Source: Planctomycetota bacterium
GTDB lineage: Bacteria > Planctomycetota > UBA1135 > UBA2386
Assembly: GCA_965228735.1 (NCBI GenBank)
Contig: OZ245838.1
Location: forward strand, 5,504,001-5,568,000
Direction: 5' to 3'
DNA length: 64,000 bases
Shown: one piece after another, positions 37,935-46,546 of the stretch
Layout of the letters: every line of letters starts with the position of its first letter
Numbering within the stretch: the first letter of the stretch is position 1
The notes under the pieces: model-generated
The model's input: only the letters and a program-made list of their open reading frames with translations
Database searches by the model: none
What the model was told of the DNA's origin: nothing
Position numbers and translations under genes: made by a program

Positions 37935-38996
37935 TCACGCCAACTCGAGAGCCACGGCGTCGGCGAATTCGCGGGTGCCGATCGGCGCGCGGTCGGCGGT
38001 CGTGAGGTCGGCGGTGCGGAGGCCTTTGGCGAGCGCGGCGTCCACTGCGGCTTCGATCGCGGCGGCGACCGCCGGCAGGCCGAGAGAATGGCGCGCCAGC
38101 ATCGCGGCGCTTTCGATCGCCCCGATCGGGTTGGCGAAGTTCTGCCCCGCAATGTCGGGGGCCGAACCGTGGACGGGCTCGAAGAGCCCCCAGGTGCCGT
38201 CGCCCAGGGAAGCCGACGGCAGGATACCGAGCGAGCCGGCGAGCACGCTGGCCTCGTCCGTCAACACGTCGCCGAACAGGTTCTCGGTCACGACGACATC
38301 GAAGTCGCGCGGCCGCTGCAAGAGGTGCATCGCCATCGCGTCGACGAGCAGGTGCTCGAGCTGGATGCCGTCGAACTCGCCTGCGACGTCGGTAGCGGTG
38401 TGGCGCCACAGTCGTGAGGTCGCCATGACGTTCGCCTTGTCGACCGACGTCACGCGGTTTCGCCGGCTGCCGGCGAGTTCGAACGCTCGCCGCACGACTC
38501 GGGTCACTTCACCGCGGGTGTAGCTGCACGTGTCGCTCGCGCGGTCGTCGCCCTCGACCTTGTCGCCGAAGTAGATCCCCGAAGTCAGCTCACGCACGAA
38601 CAAGATATCCGTGCCGCGCAGGCGTTCGGCGCGAATCGGCGAGCTGTCGAACAGGCACTCGCGCGGCCGAACCGGGCGGAGGTTGGCCCAGAGACCAAGC
38701 TCGCTGCGGATCCGGAGCAGGCCGGCCTCCGGGCGGTCGCCGCCATCGAGATGGTCCCAGGCGGGGCCGCCGACGGCCCCCATCAGCGCGGCGTCGGCGT
38801 TGCGGCAAGCGGCCAGCGTGGATTCTGGCAGCGGTTCGCCGTGTGCGTCAATCGCCGCGCCGCCGATCGTCGCCGACTCGGTTTGCAGCTCCAGGCCGTG
38901 CTGCGCCAGCGCCGCGCGGAGCACCTGAACGGCGGCCGACGTGACCTCGGGGCCGACGCCGTCTCCCGCCAGCACCGCGATGCGTACGCAGTTCAT
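37935..38996 (-). CDS. leuB: 3-isopropylmalate dehydrogenase
   Basis: [45 protein letters not shown] and [12 protein letters not shown]. Confidence 0.96.
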   Translation of the reverse strand: MNCVRIAVLAGDGVGPEVTSAAVQVLRAALAQHGLELQTESATIGGAAIDAHGEPLPESTLAACRNADAALMGAVGGPAWDHLDGGDRPEAGLLRIRSELGLWANLRPVRPRECLFDSSPIRAERLRGTDILFVRELTSGIYFGDKVEGDDRASDTCSYTRGEVTRVVRRAFELAGSRRNRVTSVDKANVMATSRLWRHTATDVAGEFDGIQLEHLLVDAMAMHLLQRPRDFDVVVTENLFGDVLTDEASVLAGSLGILPSASLGDGTWGLFEPVHGSAPDIAGQNFANPIGAIESAAMLARHSLGLPAVAAAIEAAVDAALAKGLRTADLTTADRAPIGTREFADAVALELA

Positions 38997-39097
38997 CGGC
39001 TGGCCTCCTCGCAGTTCGAGATCGCGGTCTCGCGTTCCAGCAGCTGGTCGAGGATGGTCGAGCGAACGACGTTCAGGGGGCGTCGCGATGGTTGCAT
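38993..39097 (-). pseudogene. leuD: probable leuD remnant with a large internal deletion
   Basis: A 34-aa frame, [34 protein letters not shown], in the leuD position. It starts 2 bp after the leuC-like stop and has an ATGA overlap with leuB. Confidence 0.5.
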
Positions 39098-39099
39098 GG

Positions 39100-39330
39100 T
39101 CAGTCGATGAGGTCTCTTCGATCGGTGATGCGGCCGGTCAACGCGGCGGCTGCGGTGAGCGGACTGGCCGAGAACGTGCGAGAGCCTCGCCCTCCGCTCC
39201 CGGAAGTTCCTGTTGGACGTGGACACTGCATAGCCGCCAGGTGGCACCTTATCGCCGTTCATCGCGAGGCACAGCGAGCAGCCGGGTTCGGCCCATTCGG
39301 CGTCGGCGTCGCGGAACACGCGCGCCGCCG
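39100..39330 (-). pseudogene. leuC: 3' fragment of leuC (frameshifted, 5' part missing)
   Basis: [39 protein letters not shown], then in another frame [30 protein letters not shown]. Confidence 0.85.
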
Positions 39331-39455
39331 CCCGCGGGTCCTCGAGGCGCTGGCGGGTCGTTCCTCGGCCGTCGAGCGTCGGTCGCGAGGCGGCGCGCTT
39401 CACCCGGGCCATGAGCCTGGCACGAAGCCGAGTGCGGTCTGGCTACGATGACGAC

Positions 39456-41267
39456 ATGCTGACCGTGTTCGTTGCCGCGTTCGTCATGACAGGCGTCTCT
39501 GTGACCGGGTTGCCGGTACCGCAGGCCGAACCCGCGCGGGCGCCGCTGTTCGGCGTCGTGAAGAACGCGCAGCGGCGGGCCTGGGAGGGCGCGACCGTGC
39601 ATCTGCTCGCGCGACCGGTCGGGGAGTTCGACGACCTCGGGATCGAGGATCGGCTCGTGGTCACGACCGATGCGCGCGGGCAGTTCCGGGCGGCCGGGCG
39701 CGAGGGGTGGATCTACACCGTGTGGGCCGTCGCGAGTGCCGCGGACGGCGCGAGCTATCGCGTGACGGGCACCGTCGGGCAGGCGGTGTGCGGGCGGCCG
39801 GTCGAGCTCAACGAGGTCGCGGAGCCGCGACCGAGCGGCGCGTTCGCGATCACGGGGCTGGACGCGTGGCGGGATCGGGCGCCGTTCCGTTGCCGGTTCG
39901 TGACGACGACGACGAACGTCTGGGTCGAGGAGGCTGCGATCGATGCCGATGGCGGGACCATCCGGCCGCCGCTGCCGGTCGGGCGCCAGACGATCGAGAT
40001 CCTCGACAAGGACGGGGTGCCGCTCTACACGGCGCGGCTCACGGCGGCGGCGATGACAGTCGAGGTGCCGCCGCCCGAGACCGTCACACTGACGGTGCGC
40101 AGCGGTTTCGAGGGCGCGCCGATCGCGGGTGCGGAAGTTCTACGTCGCGTGCGGCATCGCGACCATCCGATCGGTCGCACGGATGCGAACGGACGCTTCG
40201 AGGTCCGGCATCCGGCAGGCGAGAGCCCGTATCGCTTCCGCGTCGAGGCGCCGGGGCACGCGCGGGGCTACCCGGGCAAGGTCGAAGAGCGTTGGGATTG
40301 CGACCTCGAGCCACTGCGTGGTCCGGGCAGCGCGGTGCTCACGTTCGCGGACGGCAAGCCCGCGGCGGGCCTCACGCTGCGCGTGTTCGCCGACAGCAAG
40401 CGGCAAACGGGCAAGACGTCCGGTGCGACGTTCCAGGATCTCATGTTGCTGCGCACCGACGCCGAGGGGCGCGTCCCGCTGCGCACGGACACCGAGGTCA
40501 TGCTGCACGCGGTGCTGACGCCCGAGCTGGCGGCGCGCATCGCTGGCGATGTCACGGTGCATCCGCTCGTGTTCGTCGCGGACGGTCGTGCGCGCCAGGA
40601 GTACACGTTCGGTGACCGCGTGCCCGTGCGACTGCACGTGCGGCGCGTCGACGGCACGCCCGCATTCGGAGCGGAGATCCTCGCGGGCAGGAAGCCCGAG
40701 ACCAACCCGAGCTGGCACCAGCCGTCGTGGGTGACGGACCGGCGCGGCGAAGTCGTGATCCTCGCGCCCGCGGTGACCGGCCTCGGGCTGCTCGTCCGCG
40801 GTGGGGACGAGTTCGCCGTGCGCTGGCTCGACGTCGGGCCGCGGCCGGCGGATCGCGCGGCCGCGCCGATCCGCGTCGAGGTGCCGCTCACGGCGCCGTT
40901 CCGGATCCGTGGTCGCGTCGCCGCTGCGGACGGCGCGGAACTCGAGCGCACCGGCGTGTTCTGTTCGGCGACGCAGAGCGGCTACCTCGGACCGGCGCTC
41001 GCAACGAAGGCGCAGCGGCCGCTCGCGGCCGGCGAAGCGCGGCTGTCCGACGTCGCCGACGAGGACGTCTTGTGGCGTTTCGTCGGCCTGGCGCAGAGCC
41101 ACCGCGATCGGTTCCGCGCGCGCGGACCCGAGTTCGAGTACGCGGTGCCCGCGATCCCCTGGCGCTACTTCTTCAATGCGTTCGAGATCCGCGGGAAGCG
41201 CGGCCTGCAGACCGAGGTCGAGGTGCGCGAGGCCGCCGCGCCAGAGCTGCTGTTCGAGCTGAAGTAG
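39456..41267 (+). CDS. secreted protein with carboxypeptidase-regulatory-like repeats
   Basis: Hydrophobic N-terminus and repeated TTDARGQF / RTDANGRF / RTDAEGRV / VTDRRGEV units. Confidence 0.72.
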   Translation: MLTVFVAAFVMTGVSVTGLPVPQAEPARAPLFGVVKNAQRRAWEGATVHLLARPVGEFDDLGIEDRLVVTTDARGQFRAAGREGWIYTVWAVASAADGASYRVTGTVGQAVCGRPVELNEVAEPRPSGAFAITGLDAWRDRAPFRCRFVTTTTNVWVEEAAIDADGGTIRPPLPVGRQTIEILDKDGVPLYTARLTAAAMTVEVPPPETVTLTVRSGFEGAPIAGAEVLRRVRHRDHPIGRTDANGRFEVRHPAGESPYRFRVEAPGHARGYPGKVEERWDCDLEPLRGPGSAVLTFADGKPAAGLTLRVFADSKRQTGKTSGATFQDLMLLRTDAEGRVPLRTDTEVMLHAVLTPELAARIAGDVTVHPLVFVADGRARQEYTFGDRVPVRLHVRRVDGTPAFGAEILAGRKPETNPSWHQPSWVTDRRGEVVILAPAVTGLGLLVRGGDEFAVRWLDVGPRPADRAAAPIRVEVPLTAPFRIRGRVAAADGAELERTGVFCSATQSGYLGPALATKAQRPLAAGEARLSDVADEDVLWRFVGLAQSHRDRFRARGPEFEYAVPAIPWRYFFNAFEIRGKRGLQTEVEVREAAAPELLFELK

Positions 41268-42971
41268 CTACCGCACGCTGACCGACAGCGCGTTGGTCGT
41301 CACCGCGCCGCCGGCGTTGGCCGTCGGCGCGAGCACGAGCGCGCCGAGCTGCATCTCGAAGCCGCCGCTCAGCGTGCCGGGGATCGGCAGCGACAGCGCG
41401 GCCGTGCCGGTCGGATCGGCGACCACGAAGAGGTTGGCCGCCGGCGTGAATCCGACTTCGCAGCCTGGGAAGCCGAACGGGTCGAGGGCCTGCGGCGTCG
41501 GCAGGCAGCCCACGCCGAAGTACACGATCGCGGGGGCGTTCGCCGGCGCATCAATGAGCTCGTAGGCGAACGTCGAGCCGATCGCCGGGAACGACGTGGC
41601 GCGGACGCGCGGCAGCGCCGCGAGGTTGCCCTGACACCCGCGGCCCCAGCTCAGCGAGTGCGCGCCGTTGCCGCTGCGCAGCACCGCCACGTAGCCGTCG
41701 GACTGGCTGCTCGGTCGGCCGCCGTACGCCGTCATGAGATCGCCGTGGTAGGCCTGACTCCGCAGCCCGTCGACGCGTTCGAACGTGTTGGGCTCGGTGG
41801 TCACCGCGAGCGGCACGGCGGGTGCGGCGACGGGATCCGGCGTCACGGTCGCGCCGCCCGTCGTCGGGTCGGGTGTCAGCACGCGGAAGTAGAGGCTCTC
41901 GAGGTTCTCGCTCGCGCGCGAGAACACGGCGAACACCGTGTTGCCGGTCACGGCGAGCGAGTAGTGCCGATACGTGACGTTGCCCGCGGTGAGCGCCGCG
42001 TCGGATTCGACGAGGCTGCGCACCCAGGTCGTGTAGCCCGTGCTCGCGGCCGCGAACGCGACCTCGAGCGCACCGCCCGCGGGATTCGGGGAGCCGACGG
42101 AGTAGAGCACGTAGAGGTTGCCCGCGGCATCGCGGGTGATGCAGCTGCTGTTGGTCGCACGCATCGTGCTCTGGCTGCCGCCATAGATCGACACGTCGGC
42201 CGGCTGCACCCAACTGTCCGCGATCGTGTCGAACGCGCGATACTTGATCCCGTAGAGCCCGGTGTTGGTGCGGAACGTCGTGTGGAAGGTCTCGCCGACC
42301 GCGGTCACGCTGCCGAGCATCCCGTAGGAGTCGGTGTTGCACCGGTAGGGCCCCTGGAACGTCGGGTCCGTCGTTCGCTTCACGAGCAGCCCACCCGACC
42401 AGCCGCTGAACCCCGACAGCTGCGGCGTGCGATGCGTGTTGAACACGATGCCGATCGTGCCCTGATCGGTGATCGCGAGGTCGTTGCAGTAGTACTGGTC
42501 GTCGGGCGTCGTGCCGGTCAGCAGGATGTCGGGTGTGCCGATCCACTGCCCGGCCGCGGTGTCGAACGCCTGGTAGTAGAGGTTTTGATAGGACCCGCCG
42601 TCGGTCGCGTTCCACGCCACGTGCAGGCGGTCGCACGACCGTCCGGCGACGACCGCGCCGCGGTTGTCGCCGACGGTCGGCACGTCGGTGACGGGGGCCC
42701 ACGTCGCGCCGTCATCGGTCGAGCTGTGCAACTGCAGCGTGCGGCCGGCCTGCGTACCCGAGCCGTCGTTCTCGTAGACGAGACACCAGAGCGTGCCGTT
42801 CGGCTCGTAGGCGAGTCCGCGAGTCCAGCCGCTCGGCACGTGCACGCTGCTCGGTGCGGTGCCCGCGTGAACGGTGCTCTGGGCCTGGAGGGTCGGCGCG
42901 AGCGCGCCGGTGAAGAGCACGGTCGCCGTCGTGGCGACCCGGATTCGGGGAAAGCGGGATGCGGTGGCCAT
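41268..42971 (-). CDS. secreted BNR/Asp-box beta-propeller-like protein with the recurrent C-terminal domain
   Basis: An AGGAG RBS, a signal peptide and the Asp-box SSTDDGATW. C-terminal WGRGCQG...PFGFPGC...ANAGGAVTTNALSVSVR. Confidence 0.8.
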   Translation of the reverse strand: MATASRFPRIRVATTATVLFTGALAPTLQAQSTVHAGTAPSSVHVPSGWTRGLAYEPNGTLWCLVYENDGSGTQAGRTLQLHSSTDDGATWAPVTDVPTVGDNRGAVVAGRSCDRLHVAWNATDGGSYQNLYYQAFDTAAGQWIGTPDILLTGTTPDDQYYCNDLAITDQGTIGIVFNTHRTPQLSGFSGWSGGLLVKRTTDPTFQGPYRCNTDSYGMLGSVTAVGETFHTTFRTNTGLYGIKYRAFDTIADSWVQPADVSIYGGSQSTMRATNSSCITRDAAGNLYVLYSVGSPNPAGGALEVAFAAASTGYTTWVRSLVESDAALTAGNVTYRHYSLAVTGNTVFAVFSRASENLESLYFRVLTPDPTTGGATVTPDPVAAPAVPLAVTTEPNTFERVDGLRSQAYHGDLMTAYGGRPSSQSDGYVAVLRSGNGAHSLSWGRGCQGNLAALPRVRATSFPAIGSTFAYELIDAPANAPAIVYFGVGCLPTPQALDPFGFPGCEVGFTPAANLFVVADPTGTAALSLPIPGTLSGGFEMQLGALVLAPTANAGGAVTTNALSVSVR

Positions 42972-43284
42972 GACGAGATCTCCTGGACGTTCCAGGCCCC
43001 CAGTGTAGTCGAGCCGGGGACGGTCGGGGGCATGAGCTGGCACCGAGAGTGTCGCGATCCTGTCAGCCGCCGGTGACGCGGCTCCGGGGTCACGAGATCC
43101 GCGGCGCGGCGCGCCGCCGGGGTGCGTCGTGGTCCCAGGTCCGGAGAACTTGCGGTCGACCTACGCCGATCGGCCCACTTCCGCTGCGCTCTCGGGCAAG
43201 GAAACGTAATCCCCATGACGTGCCGCTGACGTTGGCGGTGCCGGTCCCCTCTCTCGTCTGGTCGTCGAGGAACGAACGTCGATC

Positions 43285-44751
43285 GTGGCTGCTCAACCGT
43301 CAGCTGTCGGATTGCCGAGAATCGTCGGATTCGCGGGTCTCGCCATCGCCTCGAGCGTCGCGTTCGGCACCTCACTGCCAGGGCAGGCTGCCGCGCCTTC
43401 GAACCAACGGCCCAAGTTCCAGTTCGTTCGTCAGAACGAGGATTGGTCCGAGTTCCGCCCGGGGGCCGAGGCGTCGATCCTCGATCGCGTGAAGCACCTT
43501 GCGCTCAACGAGTCCGGTGACGTCTGGATGTCGTTCGGTGGCCGCTTCGATGCACGCTTCGAGGCCTGGGACGGCTTCGGCTTCGGTGCGACGACGCCCG
43601 GCAACGCGGACGAGTTCCTGTTGTCGCGCGTGATCGCCCACGGCGATCTGCACGTCGGTGATCGCGTGCGGTTCTGGGTCGAGGGCAAGACCGCGCAGGT
43701 CCTCGGGCGCGACGACCTGCCCGGACGGCGTCGGGGCCTCGACCTCGACACGGCGGCGCTCTATCAGGCCTTCGCCGACGTCGAGTTGGCCGGTCGCGAC
43801 TCCGGCAGCGACGGGTCGCTGCGGCTGCGGGTCGGTCGGCAGACGTTCTTGTTCGGAGCACAGCGCTTCATCAGTCCGTTGCCCTGGGCCAACACGCTGC
43901 GGACCTGGGACGGAGTCTCGGCGCTCTACCGCACCGGGCCGTGGTCCGTGACCGGCTTCGCGAGCTACTTCGTGCCGGTGCAGAAGCGCAGCTTCAACGA
44001 CTCCGACGACGACCAGGAGTTCTACGGCATCTACGCGAGCCGCAAGCCCGCCGATGACGGCCGCGGCTATGACGCCTTCCTCGTCGGCAACACCCGGAGC
44101 AACGTCACGGTGAACGGCACGACGGGCAACGAACGTCGCCATACCCTCGGTCTGCGCACCTGGGGCGGCCTCGCCGAGGCTGCCGGCGGCATGTTCGACG
44201 CGGAGTTCGAGGGCGCGTACCAGTTCGGCGAGGTCGGCAGCAACGGCGTCAGCGCGTACTCGGTGACCGGCGTGCTCGGCTATCGCCCGGACGATTGGGC
44301 CGCAGACCCGCGGTTCTTCATCGGCGTCGACGCCGCCAGCGGCGACTCGCGCCCCGGTGGGCACGTGCAGACGTTCCATCAGCTGTTTCCGCTGGGACAC
44401 GCGTACCTCGGTCTGGCCGATGCGTTCGGTCGCCAGAACATCTTCGCGGTGCAGGTCGGCGCGCAGCTGCAGCTGGCGAAGCAGACCAGGCTCCAGCTCG
44501 TGGCGCACACGTTCCGGGCCATGGAGTCGGCGGATGGCTTCTACACGGTCGGGGGCGGCCGGGCGCGGCCGGGGCAGGTCGGCGATCGCGAACTCGGTCA
44601 CGAGATCGACCTCTTGCTCGATCATCGCTTCAACCGGCACCTGTCGGCCTACGGCGGCTACAGCCACCTGTTCGCCGGCGACGGGATCAGCGCCACCGGG
44701 CCGAGCGAGGACCAGATGTTCTTCTACCTCGGGGTGTCTGCCCTGTTTTGA
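43285..44751 (+). CDS. alginate export (AlgE-like) outer-membrane beta-barrel
   Basis: Signal peptide, R.NEDWS, LRVGRQ...GAQRFI, EFEGAYQFG, SGD, TFHQLFP, LGHEIDL and a terminal Phe. Confidence 0.85.
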   Translation: MAAQPSAVGLPRIVGFAGLAIASSVAFGTSLPGQAAAPSNQRPKFQFVRQNEDWSEFRPGAEASILDRVKHLALNESGDVWMSFGGRFDARFEAWDGFGFGATTPGNADEFLLSRVIAHGDLHVGDRVRFWVEGKTAQVLGRDDLPGRRRGLDLDTAALYQAFADVELAGRDSGSDGSLRLRVGRQTFLFGAQRFISPLPWANTLRTWDGVSALYRTGPWSVTGFASYFVPVQKRSFNDSDDDQEFYGIYASRKPADDGRGYDAFLVGNTRSNVTVNGTTGNERRHTLGLRTWGGLAEAAGGMFDAEFEGAYQFGEVGSNGVSAYSVTGVLGYRPDDWAADPRFFIGVDAASGDSRPGGHVQTFHQLFPLGHAYLGLADAFGRQNIFAVQVGAQLQLAKQTRLQLVAHTFRAMESADGFYTVGGGRARPGQVGDRELGHEIDLLLDHRFNRHLSAYGGYSHLFAGDGISATGPSEDQMFFYLGVSALF

Positions 44752-44794
44752 GAGCCCTGTTCTGAGAGGCCTGTTTCGAGGGTCGGAGCGGATC

Positions 44795-45451
44795 ATGACG
44801 GACGATGCACACGCGCCGGTTGGCGGCGACACAGCGGACTCGGGAGCGACGACGGATCGCCTGTCGTTCTCCTTCGCGTCCATCGGGATGCTCGCTGGCC
44901 TCGGCGCGGGCTACGGCACGCTCGGCTACTTCGGGTTCGAGTTCCTGAAACCGCAAGCCGGTTCGCGACGTGGCTGGATGCTCGTCCGGCCGGTCAAGGA
45001 GTTCACCGTCGGCGAGACGCTGCGGTATCGCACCCCTGGGGGCGCGACCGTCAACGTGACGCGGCGCAGCCCCGAGGCGTCGGCCGATGCGTTCAAGGCG
45101 CTGAGCAGCGTCTGCCCGCATCTCGGCTGTCAGGTCCACTGGGAGCCGCAGAACAACCGCTACTTCTGTCCGTGCCACAACGGCGCGTTCGACGCGGACG
45201 GCAAGGGCACCGGCGGTCCGCCTGCAGACGCCGGGCAGAGCCTCGGCGAGTACTCGCTGCGCGTCGAGCAGGGCCTGCTGTTCATCGAGGTCCCGCTCGA
45301 GACCCTCGCCGCGGTCGAGACCGTCGAGGAGCTCGATCGTGACCTGCGGGTCGCCGTGATCGAGGAGCTGCCGCCGGCCGACCGTTGCCCGCGTGGCGCC
45401 GGCCATGACCCGTGTCTCGCGCCGCGCGACCGGACGGGGCGTCCGGCATGA
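44795..45451 (+). CDS. Rieske 2Fe-2S subunit of a Rieske/cytochrome b complex
   Basis: CPHLGC and CPCHNG boxes, GPP and an N-terminal TM. It has an ATGA overlap with the cytochrome b gene. Confidence 0.93.
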   Translation: MTDDAHAPVGGDTADSGATTDRLSFSFASIGMLAGLGAGYGTLGYFGFEFLKPQAGSRRGWMLVRPVKEFTVGETLRYRTPGGATVNVTRRSPEASADAFKALSSVCPHLGCQVHWEPQNNRYFCPCHNGAFDADGKGTGGPPADAGQSLGEYSLRVEQGLLFIEVPLETLAAVETVEELDRDLRVAVIEELPPADRCPRGAGHDPCLAPRDRTGRPA

Positions 45452-46497
45452 CGGCGGTCGGCGATTGGTTTCGCGAGCGTCTGCCGCTGCAGGGCGATCA
45501 GCTCAAGGAACTCACCAACGAGCCGGTCCCGAACCATCTCAAACACTGGTGGTTCTGCCTCGGCGGCACGCCCGCGTACCTGTTCCTCGTGCAGATCGTG
45601 ACCGGCATCCTGCTCGCGTTCTACTACGAGGCGACGCCGAGCCGGGCCTACGAGTCGGTGCGCTTCATCTCCGAGGATGTGACCTTCGGGTGGTACCTGC
45701 GCGGCCTGCACCGGTGGGGAGCGACGCTCATGGTCGCGAGCGTGATCCTGCACCAGATGCGGGTCTTCTTCACGGGCGCGTACCGCAAGCCGCGCGAGAT
45801 GAACTGGATGATCGGCATGTGCCTGCTGATGTGCACGCTGGTCGTCGGGTTCACGGGTTACTGCCTCGTGTTCGAGCAACTGAGTTTCTGGGGCGCGCAG
45901 GTCGGGGCCGAGATCACCGACGAGGTGCCGCTCATCGGCGGGTTCATGAAGGAGATGCTGCTCGGCGGCGACGGCTACAACAAGAACACGCTGTCGCGCT
46001 TCTTCGTGCTGCACGCGGCCGTGCTGCCCGTCGTGATGATCCTGCTGATCTTCGTGCACATCACGTTCATCCGTCTGCAGGGCATCGCGGAGATGAGGTT
46101 CGGGGACGAGAAGCCCGACACGCCGCGGTTCTTCAACTTCTTCCCGGACCACGTCGCGACGGAAGTGATCATGGGACTGGTCCTCATGATCCTGCTCAGC
46201 GTGCTGGCGACCGTGTTGCCGGCGACGATGGGCGAGGTCGCGAACCCCAACGTCACGCCCGAGGTCATCAAGCCCGAGTGGTTCTTCTACGTGACGTTCC
46301 GCTGGCTCAAGTTGTTCTCGATCACCGCTGCGGTGCTCAGCATGGGCCTCATCGTCTTCCTCATGTTCGTCTGGCCGTTCATCGACGGCTGGGTGCGCCG
46401 CCGCTGGCCAGGATCCGAGTTCAGCGTCTGGGTCGGGATCCTCGCCGTGCTGGCGATCCTCGGCCTGACCATCTGGGAGGGCGCCGTCGCCCACTGA
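45448..46497 (+). CDS. cytochrome b (fused b6 plus subunit IV type)
   Basis: WFCLGG, heme-ligand His in LHRWGA...ILHQ and VLH-x14-H, GAYRKPRE and IKPEWFF. Confidence 0.95.
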   Translation: MTAVGDWFRERLPLQGDQLKELTNEPVPNHLKHWWFCLGGTPAYLFLVQIVTGILLAFYYEATPSRAYESVRFISEDVTFGWYLRGLHRWGATLMVASVILHQMRVFFTGAYRKPREMNWMIGMCLLMCTLVVGFTGYCLVFEQLSFWGAQVGAEITDEVPLIGGFMKEMLLGGDGYNKNTLSRFFVLHAAVLPVVMILLIFVHITFIRLQGIAEMRFGDEKPDTPRFFNFFPDHVATEVIMGLVLMILLSVLATVLPATMGEVANPNVTPEVIKPEWFFYVTFRWLKLFSITAAVLSMGLIVFLMFVWPFIDGWVRRRWPGSEFSVWVGILAVLAILGLTIWEGAVAH

Positions 46498-46546
46498 GCC
46501 GACGTTGCGCTCTGTCGCACCCGCTACCGCCTCCCTCAAATACGCC

